Positions 56,403-63,701 of a DNA stretch of 64,000 bases are shown here, one piece after another (the stretch's first letter is position 1; each line of letters starts with the position of its first letter). The stretch comes from a virus. The DNA is taken from the IMG/VR virus record IMGVR_UViG_3300028392_001993, positions 1 to 64,000 of that record; one strand, 5' to 3'. Made by a program: the position numbers and the translations under genes. The notes under the pieces were generated by a model. It worked only from the letters and a program-made list of their open reading frames with translations. It was not told where the DNA came from and searched no databases.

Positions 56403-57053
56403 GTGGGTTCATCCATGAAGAGTGCTTTAGTACACGCATTCCAAAGAGTGCGTAAATACTTTATGGAAATTATTGTTCACAAGCATTTTACTATCAGATC
56501 CGATGCTGATGTACTCAAACAATACAACACTCCAATCTGGGAAGTTGAGATCCGATCTGACATAATAGACTCGTCTGAGTTTGAGTCTGCATTGCGGTGC
56601 GATGATAATTTTCAAATGAATCCAGGACATAACTCTTTCTTGCGTGGTGCTTGTAACAGAACTGGAGCAGTTGCTGATTTGTTAAACGAGTCCCAGCAAG
56701 GGTTTTTGCTAGACCTTGTGTCCGAAACACCAGAATTTAAATCTAGATATCCTCGTAAAGATCAATATCAAACAAAAACACATTGGTTTGCTGATATAAT
56801 TAGGGATCAAGCAGGATTTGCTATGGGGCCGCATATTGACAATAGTCATATCATGGTGCAGATGGTGGTTAATTTGTTGCAAGACAATACAACCGCAACA
56901 GAATTTTATCAGTTTAACAATTCAGTGCCGTATTATCGTGCGCCACTCAAACGCAATCAAGGTATAGTGTTTGTGAACACCCCCGGCGCTGTACACAGAA
57001 TCGCCAACATTGATCAAACACGTTGGATCTTGTATGGTGGTCTAACAATATAA
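56403..57053 (+). CDS. 2OG-Fe(II)-like oxygenase (start uncertain)
   Basis: MGPHIDN...VH.I...RW; true start may be ATG 56463. Confidence 0.6.
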   Translation: MGSSMKSALVHAFQRVRKYFMEIIVHKHFTIRSDADVLKQYNTPIWEVEIRSDIIDSSEFESALRCDDNFQMNPGHNSFLRGACNRTGAVADLLNESQQGFLLDLVSETPEFKSRYPRKDQYQTKTHWFADIIRDQAGFAMGPHIDNSHIMVQMVVNLLQDNTTATEFYQFNNSVPYYRAPLKRNQGIVFVNTPGAVHRIANIDQTRWILYGGLTI

Positions 57054-57055
57054 TT

Positions 57056-57132
57056 GGCTCCGTAGTTCAGTCCGGCAGAACGTTGGTCTCCAAAACCAAA
57101 TGTCAGAGGTTCAAATCCTTTCGGGGTCGCCA
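57056..57132 (+). tRNA. tRNA-Trp(CCA)
   Basis: TTGGT-CTCCAAA-ACCAA arm; CCA end. Confidence 0.9.
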
Positions 57133-57152
57133 ATGTTTATAAGTATGCTATC

Positions 57153-58187
57153 GTGCTAAAACTTAATTATTGTGAATTTTACATAACCAATGTATGCAAT
57201 TTGAACTGCTCGCGTTGCAATAGATTTAACAACTATGCGTTCTCCGGACATTATAAATGGAACGAGTATGCTGAGGTATACAAAAGTTGGTCAGAAAAAC
57301 TAGATGTTGGCAGAATTGGCATCTTGGGCGGTGAGCCTATGCTCAATCCCGAATTTGATGTATGGGTTGAAGAAATTGCTAAACTTTGGCCCAGGGCCTC
57401 CATATTGATTATAACCAATGGAACTCAATTTCACCGTTGGCCTATGTTGTATAAGTTGCTAGAAAAATATCAAGGCAGAGTCAGAATTGATATTAATCGC
57501 CATGATATAAATGCTGAGGCGGAAGTAGTTCGCAATGTTGAACAATTTTTTCCCGGAGATTACAAAAAGTTTTATGTCAATGACGGGTATTACACACAAG
57601 GCCCTGACCATGTTAAGCATTTTAATTTTGCAGATAACGGAATAAAATATGAGGTTTGGGAAGACCAAACATACAAACTTGCATGGAGAGATCACAATCA
57701 GATCTTTGTTAGATATGGTCTTGCAAATACATTTAGTAAGATACCAATAGAACGTTATGATGATCGAGTTAAATTAGTTTATTGGAGTGATCCAACCGCC
57801 GCTATATCTATTTGCGGTGGCAAAGAATCTCATCATTTTCTCAATGGTAAACTTTACAAATGTAATGTCTCTGCAATATTACCAAATTTTATCAAGCAAT
57901 TTGATGTTGCTATGACAGATCAACAAAAAGAGTTAATTGAATCTTATGAACCAGCAGAAATAACATGGAACAATGATAAATTAACAGAATTTGTTGAAGG
58001 GTTACGGCAGACTCGATGTATCGAGCAGTGTCGGTTATGTCCAGATGTGCTAGATGCAAAAGAGTTTCAAGCAGGTATTAAAAAGGTACATATAAAAAAA
58101 ATACAGAATTTGGAGAGTGAGAAGCATTGGCGACTTCAGGAGACTGTAAATCTTCCACCTTACGGTATACGGGGTTCGAATCCCTGA
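57153..58187 (+). CDS. Radical SAM protein; 3' end reads through tRNA-Tyr
   Basis: CNLNCSRC, GGEPML, TNG; paralog of 4024-4923. Confidence 0.85.
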   Translation: MLKLNYCEFYITNVCNLNCSRCNRFNNYAFSGHYKWNEYAEVYKSWSEKLDVGRIGILGGEPMLNPEFDVWVEEIAKLWPRASILIITNGTQFHRWPMLYKLLEKYQGRVRIDINRHDINAEAEVVRNVEQFFPGDYKKFYVNDGYYTQGPDHVKHFNFADNGIKYEVWEDQTYKLAWRDHNQIFVRYGLANTFSKIPIERYDDRVKLVYWSDPTAAISICGGKESHHFLNGKLYKCNVSAILPNFIKQFDVAMTDQQKELIESYEPAEITWNNDKLTEFVEGLRQTRCIEQCRLCPDVLDAKEFQAGIKKVHIKKIQNLESEKHWRLQETVNLPPYGIRGSNP

Positions 58188-58197
58188 CTCTCCACCA
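58112..58197 (+). tRNA. tRNA-Tyr(GTA)
   Basis: GGAGA-CTGTAAA-TCTTC arm, long variable arm, GGAGAGT/ACTCTCC, CCA. Confidence 0.85.
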
Positions 58198-58205
58198 AAT
58201 AGTTG

Positions 58206-58234
58206 TTGACACAACCGCACGTTAACTATATAAT
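58206..58234 (+). promoter_or_regulatory. Sigma70-like promoter
   Basis: TTGACA-17 nt-TATAAT, 9 nt before tRNA-Ser. Confidence 0.75.
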
Positions 58235-58242
58235 ACTATAAT

Positions 58243-58332
58243 GGAGACGTGGCCGAGTGGCCGATGGCACCGGATTACTAACCCGGCGAGGTAGCAATAC
58301 CTCCGTGAGTTCGAATCTCACCGTCTCCGCCA
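58243..58332 (+). tRNA. tRNA-Ser body with ACT anticodon
   Basis: Type II variable arm, G73, loop TTACTAA. Confidence 0.8.
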
Positions 58333-58337
58333 AAAAT

Positions 58338-58574
58338 ATGACACTGACATTAAACGATTTGAAAGCGAATGACCAGGCTGTGATAGCCAGCGTCACTAAC
58401 GAACGACTACAACAAATGGGCATTGTGCCCACTAGGGTTGTGACTGTATTGAGACGCAAGCCTGGTTGTCTTCACATACGTGTGGGTAGCACTGAGTGGG
58501 CCATACGTGATCAAGACGCTCGGTCAGTAAAAATTATTCCACGGGAGCCGCCGGGTGTGGCAGCAGACTGTTAA
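58338..58574 (+). CDS. feoA: FeoA-domain protein; 3' end reads into tRNA-Asn
   Basis: LNDLK....A.I......RL..MGI.P...V.V.RR.P....IRV.....AIR...A..V.I. Confidence 0.75.
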   Translation: MTLTLNDLKANDQAVIASVTNERLQQMGIVPTRVVTVLRRKPGCLHIRVGSTEWAIRDQDARSVKIIPREPPGVAADC

Positions 58575-58618
58575 TCTGTGCGAAAGCAAGCTAGGTTCGA
58601 GCCCTAGCCGTGGAGCCA
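58538..58618 (+). tRNA. tRNA-Asn(GTT) with extended variable arm
   Basis: TCCACGG/CCGTGGA, GCAGA-CTGTTAA-TCTGT, extra TGC-GAAA-GCA hairpin; G73; CCA. Confidence 0.75.
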
Positions 58619-58633
58619 ATCATAAATAACTAT

Positions 58634-59239
58634 ATGTATAAATGTATAGAATGTGATAAATCGTTTAATAGTATTATGGCATTGACTGGACATAAACGAA
58701 TGCACGGTCAATCCAATGGTAAATCTAAAAAAATATTTTGCTCTTGTTTGATTACTCGCATAGCAATGCCATATCAATATTTGGCAGAGTATCAAGCAAA
58801 ATTGATTGGGTGTAAACAATGTAATAAACTGTTTAAACCAGATAGCAACAAAAAAACTTTTTGTTCTCAATCCTGTGCCGCAACATATAATAATACTGTT
58901 TACGTAAAACGCCTGAAAAAAGAAAAGCCACCAAAGATCATTCGAGAGAAAAAAGTTTACACAGAAACTGAGAAAAAATCTAAAAACGTTTCGGCAGTTC
59001 AAGCATATCGTGCTAGAAAATACAGTGCAACATTACCAGACACAGATCGCAAACTTATCAACAAGATTTACGAAATGTGCCCAAACGGATACGAAGTAGA
59101 TCATATTATTGCATTAAGCGAAGGTGGGCCTCATCATCAAGACAATTTGCAATACCTTCCTGCTATGGAAAATAGACGAAAGAATAGAACGCAAAATTAC
59201 AATAGAAGCCTTGCTATCAATTGGCAAGATATGTTATAA
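58634..59239 (+). mobile_element. HNH endonuclease with C2H2 zinc finger
   Basis: C..C.K.F.....L..H.R.H; EVDHII.LSEGG.H..DNLQ; AT-rich, between tRNAs. Confidence 0.85.
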
Positions 59240-59252
59240 TAAGAAAAAATTT

Positions 59253-59328
59253 GCCCTTATAGCTCAGTTGGTAGAGCAACGGTTTTGTAAACCGTAGGTC
59301 CCGTGTTCGAGTCATGGTGGGGGCACCA
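59253..59328 (+). tRNA. tRNA-Thr(TGT)
   Basis: ACGGT-TTTGTAA-ACCGT arm; CCA. Confidence 0.9.
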
Positions 59329-59339
59329 AAGGAAATGTA

Positions 59340-59606
59340 ATGGCTAAACTACTGATAGTTACCTGGATCCCAGGCAAAGACGAATCTAAGAATCAAAAGT
59401 CAGAAACAGCAAGAAATATCAAACTAGGTATGATGTGTGTTAAGGGCAAAGTAAATCCTTTTGATTTTAAAGTAACAGACAAATTTACCACACAACGACG
59501 TTGGCGGGATCAAGAATCAGTAGACGAGTACATCAAATTTCTCTACGAATTAGAAACAAGATATGGTGGCCGGTTGGTCAAAATTCAAGTCAAAGATGTT
59601 GACTAA
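59340..59606 (+). CDS. Hypothetical protein
   Basis: AAGGA RBS; 88 aa. Confidence 0.6.
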   Translation: MAKLLIVTWIPGKDESKNQKSETARNIKLGMMCVKGKVNPFDFKVTDKFTTQRRWRDQESVDEYIKFLYELETRYGGRLVKIQVKDVD

Positions 59607-59627
59607 ACTGTGCAATCACAGTATAAT
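59599..59627 (+). promoter_or_regulatory. Sigma70-like promoter
   Basis: TTGACT-17 nt-TATAAT before tRNA-Gly. Confidence 0.7.
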
Positions 59628-59635
59628 AAAAATAT

Positions 59636-59709
59636 GCGGAGTTGGCATATTGGTTGTGTCCCAGCCTTCCAAGCTGGTTAAACGAGTTCGATTCTCGTAC
59701 TCCGCTCCA
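59636..59709 (+). tRNA. tRNA-Gly(TCC)
   Basis: CCAGC-CTTCCAA-GCTGG arm; T73; CCA. Confidence 0.9.
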
Positions 59710-59719
59710 AAGGAACATT

Positions 59720-60079
59720 ATGGATTATTGGGGAAATCATCTTATATTAGATTGCAGTGGTTGTGATCCTGATCGAATCCGTGATCCTGTACTGTTAGAT
59801 CGCTGGATCAGAGCACTTGTGATTGACATAGACATGAAGGCACACGGCGAACCTATCATAACTTACAATGGCGAAGAGCCTTATCACTCAGGCTATACTG
59901 TGGTGCAAGTTATTACTACTTCCAGCATTGTGGCTCACTTTATTGACAACCCGGCTAGTTGTTATCTGGATGTGTTTAGTTGTAAACCATTTGACATAGA
60001 AAAAGTCAAGTCAAGTATGAGAATCACGTTCGGTGCTGAACGTATGCGACAGTATTATATCACGCGACAAGCGGATTAA
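59720..60079 (+). CDS. Pyruvoyl-dependent AdoMet decarboxylase-family proenzyme
   Basis: G.HLILD..GC, G.T....I.TSSI..H, YLDVFSC; ATG after AAGGA. Confidence 0.75.
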   Translation: MDYWGNHLILDCSGCDPDRIRDPVLLDRWIRALVIDIDMKAHGEPIITYNGEEPYHSGYTVVQVITTSSIVAHFIDNPASCYLDVFSCKPFDIEKVKSSMRITFGAERMRQYYITRQAD

Positions 60080-60088
60080 GGAAAACAT

Positions 60089-60313
60089 ATGGACATGGAT
60101 CAAGCGGCTGTATTCTTAGCCGGCTCAATTTTGACAGCACTGGGCTTTATAGCCGTGGTGATTGGTCTTGTGGTGATTAATAATATCATTGCTCGATACT
60201 GGAAACCTGTTAGAATCTTTACCGAAGACAGTTGGCATGGTTTCAGCAGTTCAGCAAGATTTGCCGAGCCACAAGAAATTGAAAAAACACAAGAACCCAC
60301 ATTGAAGAAATAA
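60089..60313 (+). CDS. Small membrane protein
   Basis: Single hydrophobic helix; AAGGA RBS. Confidence 0.6.
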   Translation: MDMDQAAVFLAGSILTALGFIAVVIGLVVINNIIARYWKPVRIFTEDSWHGFSSSARFAEPQEIEKTQEPTLKK

Positions 60314-60314
60314 C

Positions 60315-60563
60315 ATGTGGAGTTATATCATAACTTTCTTTGCAGTATTTGCAACTGATTTGATTTACGTTTACTTTGTAAAGTCAATTCAAGACAATCG
60401 TCCACTCATGGCTGCATGGTGGTCGATGGCAGTGACATTCACAGCCAGTGTGGCAGTTATCAACTACACAGAAGATCACTGGGCCCTGATTCCAGCACTG
60501 GCGGGTGCCTACTGTGGCACATTGTTTGGCATGTGGATCAAAAGAAAAATCAACGGAGTATAG
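60315..60563 (+). CDS. Small multi-pass membrane protein
   Basis: Three hydrophobic segments; stop codon within tRNA-Pro 5' end. Confidence 0.6.
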   Translation: MWSYIITFFAVFATDLIYVYFVKSIQDNRPLMAAWWSMAVTFTASVAVINYTEDHWALIPALAGAYCGTLFGMWIKRKINGV

Positions 60564-60630
60564 CACAGCCTGGTAGTGCGCCTGGTTTGGGACCAGGAGG
60601 TCGTAGGTTCGATCCCTGCTACTCCGACCA
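60554..60630 (+). tRNA. tRNA-Pro(TGG)
   Basis: CCTGG-TTTGGGA-CCAGG arm; CCA. Confidence 0.9.
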
Positions 60631-60634
60631 ATAG

Positions 60635-60712
60635 GCAACGGTGGCAGAGAGGCCCAATGCATGGGATTGCAAATCCCAAAAGCCGCTGGTTCGAATCCAG
60701 CCCGTTGCTCCA
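60635..60712 (+). tRNA. tRNA-Cys(GCA)
   Basis: TGGGA-TTGCAAA-TCCCA arm; T73; CCA. Confidence 0.9.
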
Positions 60713-60717
60713 AACCA

Positions 60718-60809
60718 GGAAGATGATGCAGTGGCGTTGGTGCCGCGACTGGCCTTGAAAACCAGGTTCTCAGAAATGGGATGGGGTTCGACTCCTCCGT
60801 CTTCCGCCA
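60718..60809 (+). tRNA. tRNA-Ser(TGA)
   Basis: Loop CTTGAAA; long variable arm; G73; CCA. Confidence 0.85.
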
Positions 60810-60814
60810 AATAT

Positions 60815-60888
60815 GCCTCGTTCGTCTAATGGTAGGGCCGCGTCTTTACACGGCGCAGACGGCAGTTCGATTCTGTCACGAGGTACCA
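60815..60888 (+). tRNA. tRNA-Val(TAC)
   Basis: GCGTC-TTTACAC-GGCGC arm; CCA. Confidence 0.9.
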
Positions 60889-60889
60889 A

Positions 60890-61129
60890 TTATGCCTCTT
60901 TAGCTGATGTGGTCATAGCACCGGACTGAAAATCCGGGGAACCAGGGTCGGAACCTGGAGGAGGCACCACAAACGTAGTATCAAGTTGAAATTCTTTCTT
61001 GGGATTGATCAGCATGGCATTGAGTGTAAACTCGCGTGTGACTGTAGAATAGAATCGTTGTTGGTAAACACCTTGTGCCGCTTGGTACAAGGATAGCATA
61101 GCGTCATCAGCAGTTGTAATCATAAGCAT
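60890..61129 (-). CDS. Hypothetical protein antisense across tRNA-Phe
   Basis: Fills the gap between Phe and Ile tRNAs; minus-strand TATAAATA directly at its start. Confidence 0.45.
   Translation of the reverse strand: MLMITTADDAMLSLYQAAQGVYQQRFYSTVTREFTLNAMLINPKKEFQLDTTFVVPPPGSDPGSPDFQSGAMTTSAKEA
60894..60969 (+). tRNA. tRNA-Phe(GAA), atypical T loop
   Basis: CCGGA-CTGAAAA-TCCGG arm; T loop GTCGGAA. Confidence 0.85.
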
Positions 61130-61136
61130 ATTTATA

Positions 61137-61211
61137 GCCTCCGTAGCTCAGTGGTAGAGCACGATCTTGATAAGGTCGGGGTCGGTGGATCGTTCCCACC
61201 CGGCGGCACCA
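61137..61211 (+). tRNA. tRNA-Ile(GAT), atypical T loop
   Basis: CGATC-TTGATAA-GGTCG arm; T loop ATCGTTC. Confidence 0.85.
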
Positions 61212-61263
61212 ATTTTTTAAAAGGAGATCTGTCATGACAAGTGACAAGAGTGATAAGATTAGT

Positions 61264-61337
61264 GGGGGTGAAACTTTAAGGTGAAGTAACTGGCTTTTAA
61301 CCAGTAAAACTCGGATCGTTCCCGAGCACCCCTACCA
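61264..61337 (+). tRNA. tRNA-Lys(TTT), atypical T loop
   Basis: ACTGG-CTTTTAA-CCAGT arm; T loop ATCGTTC. Confidence 0.8.
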
Positions 61338-61377
61338 TATAAAAACACATTTGACAACCAGGGTGTTTTTATATGGT
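61334..61377 (+). repeat. Minimal stem clamp between tRNA-Lys and tRNA-His
   Basis: Perfect 15-bp ACCATATAAAAACAC/GTGTTTTTATATGGT, same family as units at 47342-47626. Confidence 0.85.
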
Positions 61378-61451
61378 GCGTGTCGTCAAGTGGTTAAGAC
61401 CTCGGATTGTGATTCCGATACACGTGGGTTCGAATCCCATCATGCACCCCA
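61375..61451 (+). tRNA. tRNA-His(GTG)
   Basis: G-1:C73; TCGGA-TTGTGAT-TCCGA arm. Confidence 0.9.
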
Positions 61452-61460
61452 AGTTTTTGT

Positions 61461-61534
61461 TCGGGAATAGTGTAATGGTAACACTACAGACTTTGACTCT
61501 GTCATTCTAGGTTCGACCCCTAGTTCCCGTGCCA
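61461..61534 (+). tRNA. tRNA-Gln(TTG)
   Basis: ACAGA-CTTTGAC-TCTGT arm; 1:72 mismatch. Confidence 0.9.
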
Positions 61535-61541
61535 GTATTCA

Positions 61542-61618
61542 GCCCCGATGACGGAATTGGTATACGTGTTGGTCTTAGAAGCCAAATTTTGCGAGTTCGA
61601 GTCTCGCTTGGGGCACCA
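61542..61618 (+). tRNA. tRNA-Leu(TAG) with short variable loop
   Basis: TTGGT-CTTAGAA-GCCAA arm; variable region only ATTTT; A73. Confidence 0.8.
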
Positions 61619-61659
61619 TTAATAAAACTGTAATGTCTACAGAGTTAAATAAAAGGCAA

Positions 61660-62130
61660 ATGATGAAAAAACTAGACATTGACCAAGTGGCAGCGTTTAT
61701 CCGTGGCCAAACTCCCGAAACTCGAATCTATCTTGGTTGTGATAGTGAACGTGTGAAAGTTGACGGTAAATGGTATGCTGATTACATTCTTGCTATTGTA
61801 GTCCACATCAACGGCAACAACGGTTGCAAACTGTTTGGTGAAGTACAACGTGAACGCGACTGGGATCAACGGGCATCACGGCCAGCGTTGCGATTAATGA
61901 CCGAAGTTTACAAAGTAAGTGAATTATACTTGAAACTTGAAGAAGTGCTAGACGGTCGTGAGGTTGAAGTCCATCTTGATATTAACCCAGACGAGATGTA
62001 TGGCTCAAGTTGTGTGATCAGCCAAGCCGTTGGTTACATCAAAGGTGTATGCAATGTTATACCTTTTGTCAAGCCAGAAGCGTTTGCGGCTAGTTATGCC
62101 GCAGATAGATTCAAGAGTCTAGCGGCATAA
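61660..62130 (+). CDS. YkuK/DUF458-like RNase H-fold protein
   Basis: YLGCDS, RL..EV..., EVHLDIN, A.YAAD. Confidence 0.75.
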   Translation: MMKKLDIDQVAAFIRGQTPETRIYLGCDSERVKVDGKWYADYILAIVVHINGNNGCKLFGEVQRERDWDQRASRPALRLMTEVYKVSELYLKLEEVLDGREVEVHLDINPDEMYGSSCVISQAVGYIKGVCNVIPFVKPEAFAASYAADRFKSLAA

Positions 62131-62136
62131 GTTAAT

Positions 62137-62211
62137 GCAGGATTAATTCAGTGGTAGAATGTCTCGTTGCCAACGAGAATGTCATCGGTTCGAACCCGAT
62201 ATCCTGCTCCA
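62137..62211 (+). tRNA. tRNA-Gly(GCC)
   Basis: TCTCG-TTGCCAA-CGAGA arm; CCA. Confidence 0.9.
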
Positions 62212-62215
62212 AGTT

Positions 62216-62398
62216 TAAAGAAAGTGTGTTAGAAACAGATCGACTATCGGCCCAACTACTAGGGATCTAGTTAATCCAGCGCCGCTGAACGGGCGAGAGC
62301 CGCGGTAGACTGCTAGTCACAGTCGTGTCATGTTGCTGGAGGGAAGGGAGTGCAGTCTTGTATTCCGAACCCTTAAACATCAGGTAGTACTTTCTTTA
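62216..62398 (+). ncRNA. Stem-clamped structured RNA candidate between tRNA-Gly and tRNA-Thr
   Basis: TAAAGAAAGTG/TACTTTCTTTA closing stem, about 160-nt GC-richer interior with hairpins, no ORF. Confidence 0.45.
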
Positions 62399-62404
62399 TT
62401 TCAT

Positions 62405-62478
62405 GCTCCTATAGTATAAAGGTATTACACGGCATTGGTAATGCCGAAACGGAGGATCGTTACCCCCTAGGAGCACCA
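62405..62478 (+). tRNA. tRNA-Thr(GGT), atypical T loop
   Basis: CGGCA-TTGGTAA-TGCCG arm; T loop ATCGTTA. Confidence 0.85.
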
Positions 62479-62481
62479 GTT

Positions 62482-62556
62482 CGGCCTTTAGTTCAACGGA
62501 TAGAATACGTGGCTTCGAACCATGTGATGGGAGTTCGATTCTCTCAGGGTCGGCCA
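62482..62556 (+). tRNA. tRNA-Arg(TCG)
   Basis: CGTGG-CTTCGAA-CCATG arm; CCA. Confidence 0.85.
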
Positions 62557-63597
62557 TCTATGTTCATATATTCGACGAACAGTTGATTCAAATTGATTTC
62601 TTGATTTTGGGTCTTGTTTGACTGACTGTATGGTGTCACATAATTTTTTTACAAATTGTTTTTGTGTTGGAGTTATTTGATACTGCTCGCATTGATCTTG
62701 TAGCATGTTGACCATGTCAATTCGTTCTTGCTTTGAAAATATTGCCCACCCAAGGTATTCGGGTTGAATCAAGTTGGTCACTCTAGTTGGTCTACGTTGT
62801 CGATTGCACCAATCCAGTGTGGGTACTAGTTGTTGTATGTTGAGTGCCTGTACAACAAAGTGAAAATTTATATCAGCCTCGGGCAATTGTTTAATCAACT
62901 GACTGGTATTATTGACAAAGTTATCCCATACAGCAGGATAACGCATGATTTCATAACCTTCTTTATATCCGTCTACACTGATTTGTAATTCTAAATTTTT
63001 GATTTGCTTTAGCCGGTCAAGATGTGAGTCTAGTATTACAGTGGCATTGGTCACAATGCGAAGTGATATTTGCTGTGCTATCACAAAATCCATAATTTCT
63101 AAATTGCCCTTGGTCAAGAAAAATTCGCCACCAATTATACTGATGCTTTCAATGTTATTGACTTTGGACAGCATCTCTAGTTGTTGTTGGGCAGTGTTGT
63201 TTTCGCGACTGAGATCAATGTTTTCTATTCCGATAATGAATCGTTCTTTGGATAGCGCGGTACTATACGGTGGCGAACACATTATACATTTTAAATTGCA
63301 CACATTGCTGGGCATGAGTTCATATCGAACTCCTGATATGTTGCTTAACGCCTGATTGGCATGATGTCTGTAACTGGTTTGATTCTGTGCCTCTTGGTGT
63401 TGACACACCGTACACCCATCGGGCCAATCAGTAGCCGATTGTAACTGTTGTATTTCGTTGCTGGCGTAATATTGTTCCAAGGTTTGATAGTGCTGGTCGG
63501 TTTTATAAACACAACAAGGCAAAATTTTTACTTGGGAATCTGGAGTGGTATCAAAACGAATATTGTGATGGATGGCCGCACAACGAAAATCAGTCAT
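62488..63597 (-). CDS. Radical SAM protein; 3' end runs antisense through tRNA-Arg
   Basis: N-terminal C...PCC; CNLKCIMC; GGEF; TNA; SVDG. Confidence 0.85.
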   Translation of the reverse strand: MTDFRCAAIHHNIRFDTTPDSQVKILPCCVYKTDQHYQTLEQYYASNEIQQLQSATDWPDGCTVCQHQEAQNQTSYRHHANQALSNISGVRYELMPSNVCNLKCIMCSPPYSTALSKERFIIGIENIDLSRENNTAQQQLEMLSKVNNIESISIIGGEFFLTKGNLEIMDFVIAQQISLRIVTNATVILDSHLDRLKQIKNLELQISVDGYKEGYEIMRYPAVWDNFVNNTSQLIKQLPEADINFHFVVQALNIQQLVPTLDWCNRQRRPTRVTNLIQPEYLGWAIFSKQERIDMVNMLQDQCEQYQITPTQKQFVKKLCDTIQSVKQDPKSRNQFESTVRRIYEHRWPTLRESNSHHMVRSHVFYPLN

Positions 63598-63648
63598 ACA
63601 ATATTTACTCACTATTATCCTCATAGAAAAATTCAATAACAAAATGCC

Positions 63649-63678
63649 TTGACTTAGGCAATTACTATACTATATAAT
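63649..63678 (+). promoter_or_regulatory. Sigma70-like promoter
   Basis: TTGACT-18 nt-TATAAT; AAGGAGG RBS. Confidence 0.6.
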
Positions 63679-63701
63679 AGTGTTGTCTACAAGGAGGAAA
63701 T

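Noticed and set aside
58257-58337. N-terminal extension of the FeoA ORF, and likewise 59642-59719 of the decarboxylase ORF
   Set aside because: These upstream codons lie inside tRNA-Ser and tRNA-Gly; downstream ATGs fit the domain starts.
39481-62556. Prophage or integrative element att sites at tRNA 3' ends
   Set aside because: No integrase and no duplicated tRNA 3' end; the whole window is phage-like.
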